Assembly: GCA_026016245.1 (NCBI GenBank)
Contig: CP061211.1
Span: 420,001 to 452,000 of the forward strand
Length of the DNA stretch: 32,000 bases
Reading direction: 5' to 3'
DNA from: Candidatus Pacearchaeota archaeon
GTDB taxonomy: Archaea > Nanobdellota > Nanobdellia > Pacearchaeales > UBA284
Shown here: piece by piece, positions 8,497-16,754 of the stretch
Position numbering within the stretch: position 1 is the stretch's first letter
Layout: each line of letters opens with the position of its first letter
Notes under the pieces: model-generated
What the model was told of the DNA's origin: nothing
Database searches by the model: none
Seen by the model: the letters and a program-made list of their open reading frames with translations, nothing else
Position numbers and translations under genes: made by a program

Positions 8497-8919
8497 TTAT
8501 AAAGAATGAGAGTAAGAAATGATTAGCTCCCTGAGGTTCGCTAGAGACTGTTTTTCAAATAATTCCTTTACTGTTATGATCTGACCATCTAGTAAATCAT
8601 ACTCTAAGCTAGCTTGTCTTTCCATAGAAATCCCTTCCGCATATTTACATTTTCCATTAACTAAATTATCACATAAACCACATATGTGATCTTTATTATT
8701 TACAATTTCTATTTTTGTACTTGGAGAGTTAGATAAAGTTCTGAAAAAATTTACCATTCTTTCAAGGCTATCTTTAGTGAGCTTATAATAATCTGGGAAT
8801 AAGTAATTTCCATCTACAAATTCATATTTCATATAATTTTCCCACCTCTTATAATTATCTTCCCTTTCTTTCAAAAATATAGCTATGTGGTGTGGTTTTA
8901 ATCTTATTTCTTCTGACAT
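8497..8919 (-). CDS. DUF1284-like iron-sulfur-binding domain protein
   Basis: MSEEIRLKPHHIAIFL...NMxKY-like region and NNKDHICGLCDNLVNGKCKYAEGISMERQASLEYDLLDGQ, the conserved DxiCxxC...C arrangement. First plausible ATG is at 8919. Confidence 0.55.
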   Translation of the reverse strand: MSEEIRLKPHHIAIFLKEREDNYKRWENYMKYEFVDGNYLFPDYYKLTKDSLERMVNFFRTLSNSPSTKIEIVNNKDHICGLCDNLVNGKCKYAEGISMERQASLEYDLLDGQIITVKELFEKQSLANLRELIISYSHSL

Positions 8920-8994
8920 TTTAATTCTCCTAGAACCCTTAGAGGCCCTAATCACCTCTTGATTTGTCAGTTAATGGAACTTTAAAAATTTATT

Positions 8995-9022
8995 GCTCGA
9001 GGGCTCGCTTAGGTTGGGTTTT
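8995..9022. repeat. Copy C of dispersed repeat (GCTCGAGGGCTCGCTTAGGTTGGGTTTT)
   Basis: Exact 19-nt match to copy A and near match to copy B; contains the stop codon of the nucleotidyltransferase pseudogene. Confidence 0.85.
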
Positions 9023-9721
9023 TGGATATTTTATCTACAAGTTTGATCAATTTTGGAAGATTGCTTATGAATAATTTTTTATCCCAATCACTTTTCTTGA
9101 GTTTTAGTAGCAAATTCACTAATTCTTTATCTTTTTTATTAGAATTTTTTATTAGGGTCTTATATGAGAAGATATGAGATCCTTTATTGATTTGATTAAT
9201 TAAATAGCAAACCCTAAATAAATTTTTACATACATACTCTATCCAAGAGAAGTCTCCCTTACTTATTTTAGGCATATGAAAACTATAAAATTTTTTAAGC
9301 ATGTTTCTTATTGCTTCTTCATAGGTCCATTCTTTTGTAGGAAAATCTGACCTAGAAAATTTTCTTCCACATATATGCTTCCAGTATCTAAAGTCTAGAA
9401 GAAGTAAATTTGGATGGATAAGTCTGGCGAGTCTGCTCCTAGGCTTTTTTCCTTCGAGTTCTTCTAGGAATAAATAATTTATTTTGAAATGTTTTAATCC
9501 AGATTTTTCTTCTGATAAAAAATTCTTTATTTTTTCCCTATATTAGAACCAAAATTATTTTTTACAATAGCTATAGAATCTATATCGCTCTTACCCAAAT
9601 TAAAATCTTCACTTAAAATAGATCCCCATAAATAGATAGATATTATTCCTTTCCCCTCATATCTCAAGAAGATATTCTTGAGAGCTGAGTAAGTCTTTGC
9701 TAATATTTCTTCCCTATTCAT
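9009..9721 (-). pseudogene. Nucleotidyltransferase (aminoglycoside adenylyltransferase-like), split by a single-base frameshift
   Basis: ORF 9527..9721 has YLWGSILSEDFNLGKSDIDSIAIV (GS...D.D motif). The -1 frame gives IKNFLSEEKSGLKHFKINYLFLEELEGKKPRSRLARLIHPNLLLLDFRYWKHICGRKFSRSDFPTKEWTYEEAIRNMLKKFYSFHM and runs straight into ORF 9009..9302. Confidence 0.75.
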
Positions 9722-9804
9722 TTTATTATTAAATCTGTTTTCTTATTAAACTTATATATTTTTTAATTTTTTAGAATTCTATATCATTAATCCAAATAAA
9801 AAAA

Positions 9805-10548
9805 TTAAATTTTTATTGACTTTGCTTTTTTCCAAAATTGTTCAAAAATAAATCTTTGTGTTAAATTCACAGCTTTATCATGAATAATTATACCAATAAA
9901 GTTTTCTTTCTGAAAAGACAAAATAGCAACTTTATCACTATAAATATGTGTCCAGGTTGGTAATTCTTTGAGTTCTTCCAGAATTCTAACTTGAGTTAAT
10001 CTTCTATAAGCTGGTTTTTTCCACATTTTGATGTCTAAAATACTTGAATCAGAAATTCCTCTTAGTTTAATTTTTTTAGAAATTCTTTTCTTTCTAAAAT
10101 CTATTCCTTGATACTGTAATAGTTTATTAATAATAGTAAAAGAACCATAAGCTAAAATTTCTTGTTTTTCTTTTAAAACATCTAAATGAACTACATCAAT
10201 TCCCTTTTTGCCTTCGTAAAATTCTACTAGGGGTTTCTTTCCAATTATTTTTTGTTTTTCTTTAAGTTTGGGCAAAATTTGTTGCAATTTTTTTTCTTTT
10301 TCCTTAAGTTGCTCCAATAATATTTTAGGATCAGAAGCATAAAACTGCTTAATATGTTCTATGATTGTGTAACCAACAATGCCTTTTTTAAGCAATGCTT
10401 CAAGAATATCATAAAGACTTGTTCTGTTGATTCCTGTAATTTCAGCAAGTCTTAAAATAGGACTTTGACCTAGTTCAAGCAACCTAAGATAAACTTTGAT
10501 TTCCTTGTCATTTAAACCTACTTCCTTTAGTATATCTTCTTCTGTCAT
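9805..10548 (-). CDS. TrmB-family transcriptional regulator
   Basis: N-terminal winged helix MTEEDILKEVGLNDKEIKVYLRLLELGQSPILRLAEITGINRTSLYDILEALLKKGIV, then coiled coil and effector-like domain. Confidence 0.85.
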   Translation of the reverse strand: MTEEDILKEVGLNDKEIKVYLRLLELGQSPILRLAEITGINRTSLYDILEALLKKGIVGYTIIEHIKQFYASDPKILLEQLKEKEKKLQQILPKLKEKQKIIGKKPLVEFYEGKKGIDVVHLDVLKEKQEILAYGSFTIINKLLQYQGIDFRKKRISKKIKLRGISDSSILDIKMWKKPAYRRLTQVRILEELKELPTWTHIYSDKVAILSFQKENFIGIIIHDKAVNLTQRFIFEQFWKKAKSIKI

Positions 10549-10584
10549 GTTTTTTCTTGTACTTTCGTATTTTTAAATCTTTTC

Positions 10585-10597
10585 GTGGATTTTCCAC
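10585..10597. promoter_or_regulatory. Candidate operator between divergent TrmB regulator and AlaRS-like gene
   Basis: Perfect inverted repeat GTGGA-TTT-TCCAC flanked by AT-rich TTTAAA-like elements at 10573-10578 and 10604-10612. Confidence 0.4.
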
Positions 10598-10637
10598 AGC
10601 ATAAATTTAAATCAATTTGTTACTGAAAAATAATAAA

Positions 10638-11810
10638 ATGAGAATGAAAGAATTAAGGCAAATAATAGAAAAATTTCCTAAGAGGAAAGGGACTCAAAAC
10701 ATAAATCAAGATCCGATAGTTAATGAAGGTTATCCTGGAACTTTTAATTCAAGTTACTCAGAAGGATATTGGTCAGAATTATTTGGACCAAATTTAGAGA
10801 TATATGATTTAATTGTACATAAAATACAACCCTGCATTAGATTTAGTGATTTCATTAATAAAATATTGAAAGATACTTCTAAAATTCATTTATCTTGCTT
10901 CGATATGGGTGACATAAGTGGGGCAGTTAATTTTACATCAAGTAAAAACCATAAGAGAATAAGCAGAGAAAATGTAAATGCAATGTTGACTTTCTTAACA
11001 AATTTAGGTTTCAAGCTTCTAGATATTTATATTACTTGTTTTCCTAGAGGAAATTTAAATGAAATAAGTAAACTCAATTATGGAAGAGAATCATTTAATT
11101 TTTATATAAAACCAGACCCAAATATAGATGAATTTAAAAAATTTTTACCTAAAGAAAATATTATATTAACAAAAAAAGATACTTTTTTATGTATAGATCT
11201 TGAAGGATTTAATAAAACACTTAATGGGTACAGAAATGAGATTTTATTTAAAACAAATAAAGGGATGATAGATATTGGAACTATGGAAAATCTTTATCTT
11301 ATGCCACAAAAAGAAAATAATAAAATTAGAGGTTACATTAATAAGGGTTTATTTTCAATTGCAGGAATTGGCCTTGAAAGAGTTTTACTTTGTAAAAATA
11401 ATTTTAATCATATTATAGAGTGTGACCATATTTATCCTTTATATCAACAAATATTAAAAGACTTTAAGAAAAAAGACGAACATGGGGCATTTATTTATAC
11501 AGAATCATTAAGAAGCTTGCATAGGGTATTTAGTGAAAATAACTACAGAAATTTATCTAAGAATAGGAAAAGAAAAGTTAAAAAATTTTTACAGCAGATT
11601 TATCATATTTCAAAAGAAAATATTAAAAATTATTTAGAAATTAATGCACAATTGCAGGATTATTATCCTGAATTAAAAAAAGGAATAGAGAATACTAATA
11701 ATGAAATCATTGGATATTTTGAAAGGAGAAAATCTTCTTTTTTAGAAAGAAAATTAGAAAGAAAAAATATTAGAAATCTTGGTACCAAACAAAAGGCTGT
11801 TCAAGGCTGA
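10638..11810 (+). CDS. Stand-alone class II aminoacyl-tRNA synthetase-like protein resembling the archaeal alanyl-tRNA synthetase catalytic core
   Basis: VHKIQPCIRFSDF (motif like QPSLRFTD), IHLSCFDMGDISGAVNF (like HLTLFEMMGHHAFN), LLDIYITCFPRG, and IAGIGLERVLLCKNNFNHIIECDHIYPL (motif 3 GxGxER). No recognisable editing or C-Ala domain. ATG at 10638 used instead of TTG 10617. Confidence 0.45.
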   Translation: MRMKELRQIIEKFPKRKGTQNINQDPIVNEGYPGTFNSSYSEGYWSELFGPNLEIYDLIVHKIQPCIRFSDFINKILKDTSKIHLSCFDMGDISGAVNFTSSKNHKRISRENVNAMLTFLTNLGFKLLDIYITCFPRGNLNEISKLNYGRESFNFYIKPDPNIDEFKKFLPKENIILTKKDTFLCIDLEGFNKTLNGYRNEILFKTNKGMIDIGTMENLYLMPQKENNKIRGYINKGLFSIAGIGLERVLLCKNNFNHIIECDHIYPLYQQILKDFKKKDEHGAFIYTESLRSLHRVFSENNYRNLSKNRKRKVKKFLQQIYHISKENIKNYLEINAQLQDYYPELKKGIENTNNEIIGYFERRKSSFLERKLERKNIRNLGTKQKAVQG

Positions 11811-12420
11811 GGCCTGGGCATGCTGTATTTATCCAGCACTGGATTTTTGGGAAATTTTCCAGCTGATTTATATCCAGAGTGTCGAATGTGAAGATGTAAG
11901 CTTTCTTTTTTTGTTTTTCTAGTTTCTTTTTTAATTCCATGGCTTGCTTTAATTTGTTTTGTCCAGGCTTTATTGAGACAAGAATACCATAAGTTTGCGC
12001 TGACAGGAATTTAAGCTTTTGGCCTTTTTTCCTTGCCTTTGCTTTGTTTATATCTTCTGTTTTTAGTTTTGAGAATTGATTTGTAAGGGGATTATAGATA
12101 TAGATTGGTTTGTTTGTTGCTAATGCGAGCTGTAAAGGGTGAAATTTTCCTGATCCTATATAGAGAAAGGCTTGAACTTTATCTTGTATTGATATAGCTG
12201 CTTTTACATTGCAACCTAGGATTTGGCCTTTTTCCAGAAACTTGGATTTTCCTATTATTACTTTCTTCTTGTGTTTTTCTAGAAAAGCTTTGATTTTTTC
12301 TAAGCTATTTGTGTGTTGGATTGTTGTTATTAATCCTATGGTTTCTGGTAGCTTGTTTGGTTTTATATTTTTAAGAGAACAAGAAGCTGTATATTTAGAA
12401 GGTAAGAATAGAATTTTCAT
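11770..12420 (-). CDS. Diphthamide synthase Dph2-like protein, lacking most of the N-terminal domain
   Basis: ETIGLITTIQHTNSLEKIKAFLEKHKKKVIIGKSKFLEKGQILGCNVKA...AFLYIGSGKFHPLQLALATNKPIYIYNP...YGILVSIKPGQ...CWINTACPGLSLEQP: domains 2-3 of Dph2. The GxCD-containing first domain is absent. Confidence 0.75.
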   Translation of the reverse strand: MKILFLPSKYTASCSLKNIKPNKLPETIGLITTIQHTNSLEKIKAFLEKHKKKVIIGKSKFLEKGQILGCNVKAAISIQDKVQAFLYIGSGKFHPLQLALATNKPIYIYNPLTNQFSKLKTEDINKAKARKKGQKLKFLSAQTYGILVSIKPGQNKLKQAMELKKKLEKQKKKAYIFTFDTLDINQLENFPKIQCWINTACPGLSLEQPFVWYQDF

Positions 12421-12426
12421 CCTTGT

Positions 12427-12801
12427 TTAAATTTTTTCTACTTTTCCTACTTTTTCACCCCTATAGATATCAACAAAAGAAGGTGTTGCCACAATCGTAT
12501 TTTCTCCAAAGCCGGCTATGTTGCCTTCAAGTGCATCAACTGTCTTTTTTAACTTGCTTATGGCCCTCTTTAATTCAACAACATCTTTTTGTTTAAGGGG
12601 TTTAATATCTACTAAAGCAATAGTATATCCTTCTCTTAGAACCTCAAGTATTCTTGTAACATCATCAAAACTCTTAAGAATAAAAGGTCTTACAACAATA
12701 TTGACTCTCTTTTCTTCCTTACCTGTATCTACCTCAATATACTCTGGAGATTCTGGGGTTTCTCCCCCTTTTCCGCCGAAAATTTTCTTGAATATGCCCA
12801 T
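12427..12801 (-). CDS. SepF-like cell division protein
   Basis: MGIFKKIFG...VRPFILKSFDDVTRILEVLREGYTIALVDIKPLKQKDVVELKRAISKLKKTVDALEGNIAGFGENTIVATPSFVDIYR matches archaeal SepF. Confidence 0.85.
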   Translation of the reverse strand: MGIFKKIFGGKGGETPESPEYIEVDTGKEEKRVNIVVRPFILKSFDDVTRILEVLREGYTIALVDIKPLKQKDVVELKRAISKLKKTVDALEGNIAGFGENTIVATPSFVDIYRGEKVGKVEKI

Positions 12802-12879
12802 TTTTTATGATATACTTATAAAAATTTCTTTAGTTTATAAATTTTTTGATGATATTTTTAATATATCCCAAAGTATCTT

Positions 12880-13239
12880 TTAGGCTTTTTTAAAGCCTTT
12901 AATTATCTCTTCTCTAACTTTCATCAGCTTATCTTTAATGCCTTCTTCCTGCTTTTCAATAGCTTTGATCCTCAAATTTAGGATATCTCTCTTTTTTTCA
13001 AGATCCTTTGTCAGCTGTGTTTTATTTGATTTGAACATTAAAGTACCAACAATCTTGAAAACATCCCCATCATTGCTTTTTTTTAGCTCCTCAAAAGCAT
13101 TGTTTGTTTCATTAAGCTCAAGCTGAAAGACTTGTTTTTGCAAAAGCAGATTCTGAAGACTTTGTTCAGCTATTTGAAGCTGGCCTAATCTTTCTTCTGG
13201 TTTTTCTTTTTCTATTTCTTTTTCTTTTGTTTTTGCCAT
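12880..13239 (-). CDS. pfdB: Prefoldin subunit beta
   Basis: LQIAEQSLQNLLLQKQVFQLELNETNNAFEELKKSNDGDVFKIVGTLMFKSNKTQLTKDLEKKRDILNLRIKAIEKQEE. Confidence 0.85.
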   Translation of the reverse strand: MAKTKEKEIEKEKPEERLGQLQIAEQSLQNLLLQKQVFQLELNETNNAFEELKKSNDGDVFKIVGTLMFKSNKTQLTKDLEKKRDILNLRIKAIEKQEEGIKDKLMKVREEIIKGFKKA

Positions 13240-13240
13240 T

Positions 13241-13378
13241 TTATACTGCTTTAACCCTTTTTATGGCAGTTCTTGGCTTGAAAAATACCTTAGAACCACA
13301 GTAAGGACAAGAGAAACGTTCTTTTAAAGCCTTGGTTGATATTGTCTTACCACAGAAAAAACATTTGTATGTTGCCAT
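13241..13378 (-). CDS. rpoP: DNA-directed RNA polymerase subunit P (Rpo12)
   Basis: Short ORF absent from the supplied track: MATYKCFFCGKTISTKALKERFSCPYCGSKVFFKPRTAIKRVKAV (45 aa), two CxxC motifs, between eL43 and prefoldin beta. Confidence 0.88.
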   Translation of the reverse strand: MATYKCFFCGKTISTKALKERFSCPYCGSKVFFKPRTAIKRVKAV

Positions 13379-13409
13379 CTTTCTATTTGTCTTTTAATAT
13401 TTATAAATT

Positions 13410-13625
13410 TTAGGATTTAATATAATAAGTTTGTGAAGTGAACTTTTTCTTGCATGATCTGCATAACCATATTCCCTTTGAAAGCCTTTTGACTGTTTGT
13501 TTTTTACAGAAAGGACATTTTTGTTTTTTTCTTTGTTTTGATTCTATTGCTCTCACTCTTTCCTTAACTACAGATCCATACCTAGGGCCAAAACGTGCTG
13601 TTGATTTTGTCTTTTTTGTTCTCAT
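13410..13625 (-). CDS. rpl37ae: Ribosomal protein eL43 (L37Ae)
   Basis: TARFGPRYGSVVKERVRAIE...KCPFCKKQTVKRLSKGIWLCRSCKKKF. Confidence 0.92.
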   Translation of the reverse strand: MRTKKTKSTARFGPRYGSVVKERVRAIESKQRKKQKCPFCKKQTVKRLSKGIWLCRSCKKKFTSQTYYIKS

Positions 13626-13635
13626 CTTATTATAT

Positions 13636-13708
13636 GGGGCTGCCCGGATTTGAACCGGGGTCGAGAGGTCCCAAACCTCTAATGCTAAACCAAGCTACAC
13701 CACAGCCC
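13636..13708 (-). tRNA. tRNA-Pro (anticodon TGG)
   Basis: Reverse complement GGGCTGTGGTGTAGCTTGGTTTAGCATTAGAGGTTTGGGACCTCTCGACCCCGGTTCAAATCCGGGCAGCCC; anticodon loop TTTGGGA. Confidence 0.95.
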
Positions 13709-13750
13709 CTGAGTTAAAAGCGTGGTGTTTATATTTAAATCTTATCAAAC

Positions 13751-14419
13751 TTATTTTTTCTTTTCTTCCTTTTTTTCCTCAGGTTTTGCCTCAGTTGGAG
13801 CTGGGGCACCTGGAGCAGCAGGAGCTGCTGCAGCTTTTTCTTCCTCTTTCTGTTCTATTTCCTTAATAAGAGCTTCTTGATCCTTCTTTACTTCCTCAAA
13901 ATCAGAAGCTAGCTTGTCTAATTTTTCTTTATCTGCTATTTCTTTGCCTTCAGAAATAATTTTATCATAAACTCCACTATCTACTTGTTCTATAACTTCC
14001 TTAGGATCTTTGCTCTCAACAAGAATTCCATTACTCACACATGAGCCTAATATAGATTTAACAGCTGATTTCAAAGTATCTGTGAACATGTCTTTCTGTT
14101 TCACCTTAGCGACCTTGATTATAACCTCTATGGCAGCATTAGCTACCTTGATTTTATCTGGTTGCTGAGAGCCTTTTTTTAATCCAAGCTCCTTCTTTAA
14201 TAATTCAGTTGCAGGTGGCGTAGAGACAGAAACAGTAAAATTCTTTGTTTTTGTATCTATGTCGAGTGTTACAGGAACCTTGATTCCTTTGAAGTCAGTG
14301 GTTGCTTTACTAACCTCTGCTATAACTTTTCCGAGATTGATTCCTAAAGGGCCTAGTTTTTGACTTAAAGCAGGACCTGGTTTCATTTCTCCACCTTCAA
14401 CAAGTAATTTGATTTGCAT
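13751..14419 (-). CDS. rpl11: Ribosomal protein uL11
   Basis: MQIKLLVEGGEMKPGPALSQKLGPLGINLGKVIAEVSKATTDFKGIKVPV...; acidic/Ala-rich C-terminal extension. Confidence 0.95.
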   Translation of the reverse strand: MQIKLLVEGGEMKPGPALSQKLGPLGINLGKVIAEVSKATTDFKGIKVPVTLDIDTKTKNFTVSVSTPPATELLKKELGLKKGSQQPDKIKVANAAIEVIIKVAKVKQKDMFTDTLKSAVKSILGSCVSNGILVESKDPKEVIEQVDSGVYDKIISEGKEIADKEKLDKLASDFEEVKKDQEALIKEIEQKEEEKAAAAPAAPGAPAPTEAKPEEKKEEKKK

Positions 14420-14534
14420 CTCCTTTTCAAAGAAAATCTAGTTTTAAAGACTTTTGTTTATATTTTAGAAACATTTAAATATTAATCAGATTATTTTTTT
14501 GATAGAAAAAGAGTAAAAAATTTCTTTTTATTTT

Positions 14535-14792
14535 TTATTTTATCTCGCAATCAGTATTAATTGCTTGCCCTGGCAGACCTTTTTCAAATACTACTCTAAG
14601 AAGCCCCTTATTCCCGTGTGATGCAGTTATCTTACCTTTAATTATTTTTCCTGCTGGGCTTTTCCACTCAACTTCCTTACCCAAATATTTTTCTGCATCT
14701 TTCTTGTTTTTTACTTTTTCAGTCTGGATAATAAATTGTCTTGGTTTATAAGTGTGCCTTCCACGTCTAAAACTTACAACTGTCGCTTTCAT
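14535..14792 (-). CDS. rpl35ae: Ribosomal protein eL33 (L35Ae)
   Basis: MKATVVSFRRGRHTYKPRQFII...LGKEVEWKSPAGKIIKGKITASHGNKGLLRVVFEKGLPGQAI. Confidence 0.9.
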   Translation of the reverse strand: MKATVVSFRRGRHTYKPRQFIIQTEKVKNKKDAEKYLGKEVEWKSPAGKIIKGKITASHGNKGLLRVVFEKGLPGQAINTDCEIK

Positions 14793-14793
14793 T

Positions 14794-16605
14794 TTAAAAA
14801 ATCAACTCAAACTTTCCAAAGATCTTTCTAAGTGCATCTACCAATTCTGGAGAAATTCTTTTTTCGATTTTCTCTTTCTTTGCTGTGGCTTTTCTAAGTT
14901 CCTCTTTTGTGGCATCTGTAACCTTGCCATCTTTAAATTTCTTTATTCCATCTAGAGTTATGTCAGGGATAATGAAGGTGATATCTTTAAACAAGAATAT
15001 CTCTCCTTTTTTCCTAACCTCCTTCCTTTCCTCGTTTGTTTTATAAATCAATATTATTCTATGTTTTTCTGCTTCAAGAAGTTCACGTCTTTGGCTATAT
15101 TCTGTAAGCGCTAATGTCAATTGATAAGAAGCTTTTCTTACTTCAGAAAGGTCTTGTTTTGTTATTTTTCCTTTCTTATATTTTTTCTTGGCATCTATTA
15201 TCTCTTTCAAATATATGAGATTTCTTGGAGAAAGCTTTGATTTTTTAATTAACTCATTTTCAAATTTTTTGACTATGGCTGCTTCTCCACCTTTTCCTAA
15301 AATTCCTTTCATGAGCTTAAGGGTAGTATCATATATCTGTAGAATCTCTATCTCACCAGCTTTTTTCTCTATCTGCTTCATCAATTCTTTAAGTCTTTTG
15401 ATATATTCTGAAGATTGTTTCAAGAGTATATCTATTTCCCTTCCACTAATTGTTTTTATCTCTTCATGCTCATATTTTTTATAGATATCAATTATTTTCT
15501 CCAGGATATTGATATATTTTGGTTCAAGAAGTTTTTCCTTCTCAACAAAAACTCTTCTCATTAATTTTACTGCTTCTTTAGGTACTGGGGGAGCAAGACC
15601 ATATAACATTAAAGCTGCTTGACTTGGTGTAATGATGCCCCAATAGATATCTTCAGTAACAATATCATTCAACTTTCTCTGTACATTTTTAGCTACTCTC
15701 TCACCAAGACTCATGAACATATCTATAGCCTCAGGACTTGGTTTAATCTTGCCCATCTTAAGGAGAAGTTTCCATGGCATGAAAGCTCCTCTGTCATAAA
15801 GAGGAACACCATCACGAATGAATGTAAAAATTACAGGATGTGCATCTTTTACTGCTTCCCAGAACTCTGTCAATATATAAATCTGAGGATTTAACTTGTT
15901 CTCTACTCCAGCTATCTCACTTGCTTCCATAGTGTAGCTGTAAATTATAGCCCTCAATTTCTCTTTTAACTCATATCTTGACATTCTTTTAACGTCTGTA
16001 TCATCTATAACCACAAAAATATCAACATCACTCGTCTTTGTTGCATCTCCCCTAACTAAAGAGCCAGCAAGAACATAACTAACAACATACTTCTCAAACT
16101 TTTTTAGGACAAGAGTTTTATGAATAGAGGATGCTCTTAGTGCACCTAAAATACCTTTATCACATAAGGGGAAAGACATGGCTATTGCCTCTATTAAAGC
16201 ATATTTTCCATCAAAACATGTTTCCCAAACCTGCTTTATGTTCTTGATATGAAGCCACACTCTTGGTTTCATGCCTTGAATGAGTCTTATTCCCTCTACC
16301 TTTATCTTGCCTACTTCCTTGGATTTTTCTTCTGGGACTATGATAACAACATGGATTATTCTTTCATCTTTTTCTTTTTCCACCTCTTCTTCCTCTTCTA
16401 TTATTTTTGCAGCTGGAGGGGGTAGAATTCCTATAGCAGAAATATAAGGGAATTTTTTTATTAGAGCCTTCTTGAAATCCTTTAAATTGTCTCTAATTCT
16501 TTCTATCTCTTTTTTAACTTCCTTTGGGATTTGTTTCTCAATATCCCCAATTTTTTCCATTTCATACTTCTTTCCCTCTTTGTTTTTTTCAGTTTTTTTC
16601 TTCAT
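14794..16605 (-). CDS. Large nucleotidyltransferase-domain protein of unknown function
   Basis: YVLAGSLVRGDATKTSDVDIFVVIDD is a Pol-beta/MNT-type GS...DxD nucleotidyltransferase motif, within about 600 aa. ATG at 16605 used instead of TTG 16614. Confidence 0.75.
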   Translation of the reverse strand: MKKKTEKNKEGKKYEMEKIGDIEKQIPKEVKKEIERIRDNLKDFKKALIKKFPYISAIGILPPPAAKIIEEEEEVEKEKDERIIHVVIIVPEEKSKEVGKIKVEGIRLIQGMKPRVWLHIKNIKQVWETCFDGKYALIEAIAMSFPLCDKGILGALRASSIHKTLVLKKFEKYVVSYVLAGSLVRGDATKTSDVDIFVVIDDTDVKRMSRYELKEKLRAIIYSYTMEASEIAGVENKLNPQIYILTEFWEAVKDAHPVIFTFIRDGVPLYDRGAFMPWKLLLKMGKIKPSPEAIDMFMSLGERVAKNVQRKLNDIVTEDIYWGIITPSQAALMLYGLAPPVPKEAVKLMRRVFVEKEKLLEPKYINILEKIIDIYKKYEHEEIKTISGREIDILLKQSSEYIKRLKELMKQIEKKAGEIEILQIYDTTLKLMKGILGKGGEAAIVKKFENELIKKSKLSPRNLIYLKEIIDAKKKYKKGKITKQDLSEVRKASYQLTLALTEYSQRRELLEAEKHRIILIYKTNEERKEVRKKGEIFLFKDITFIIPDITLDGIKKFKDGKVTDATKEELRKATAKKEKIEKRISPELVDALRKIFGKFELIF

Positions 16606-16666
16606 TTTCCTCAAGTATTTAAAAGGGTAAAAACCTTTTTAAAGTTTTACTCTAAATAAGAATATA

Positions 16667-16739
16667 GGGCCTGTGGTCTAGTGGTTACGACGCCACCCTT
16701 ACAAGGTGGAGGTCCCTGGTTCGATCCCAGGCAGGCCCA
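16667..16739 (+). tRNA. tRNA-Val (anticodon TAC)
   Basis: GGGCCTGTGGTCTAGTGGTTACGACGCCACCCTTACAAGGTGGAGGTCCCTGGTTCGATCCCAGGCAGGCCCA; anticodon loop CTTACAA, acceptor GGGCCTG/CAGGCCC. Confidence 0.96.
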
Positions 16740-16754
16740 TAAAAAGACACAAAA

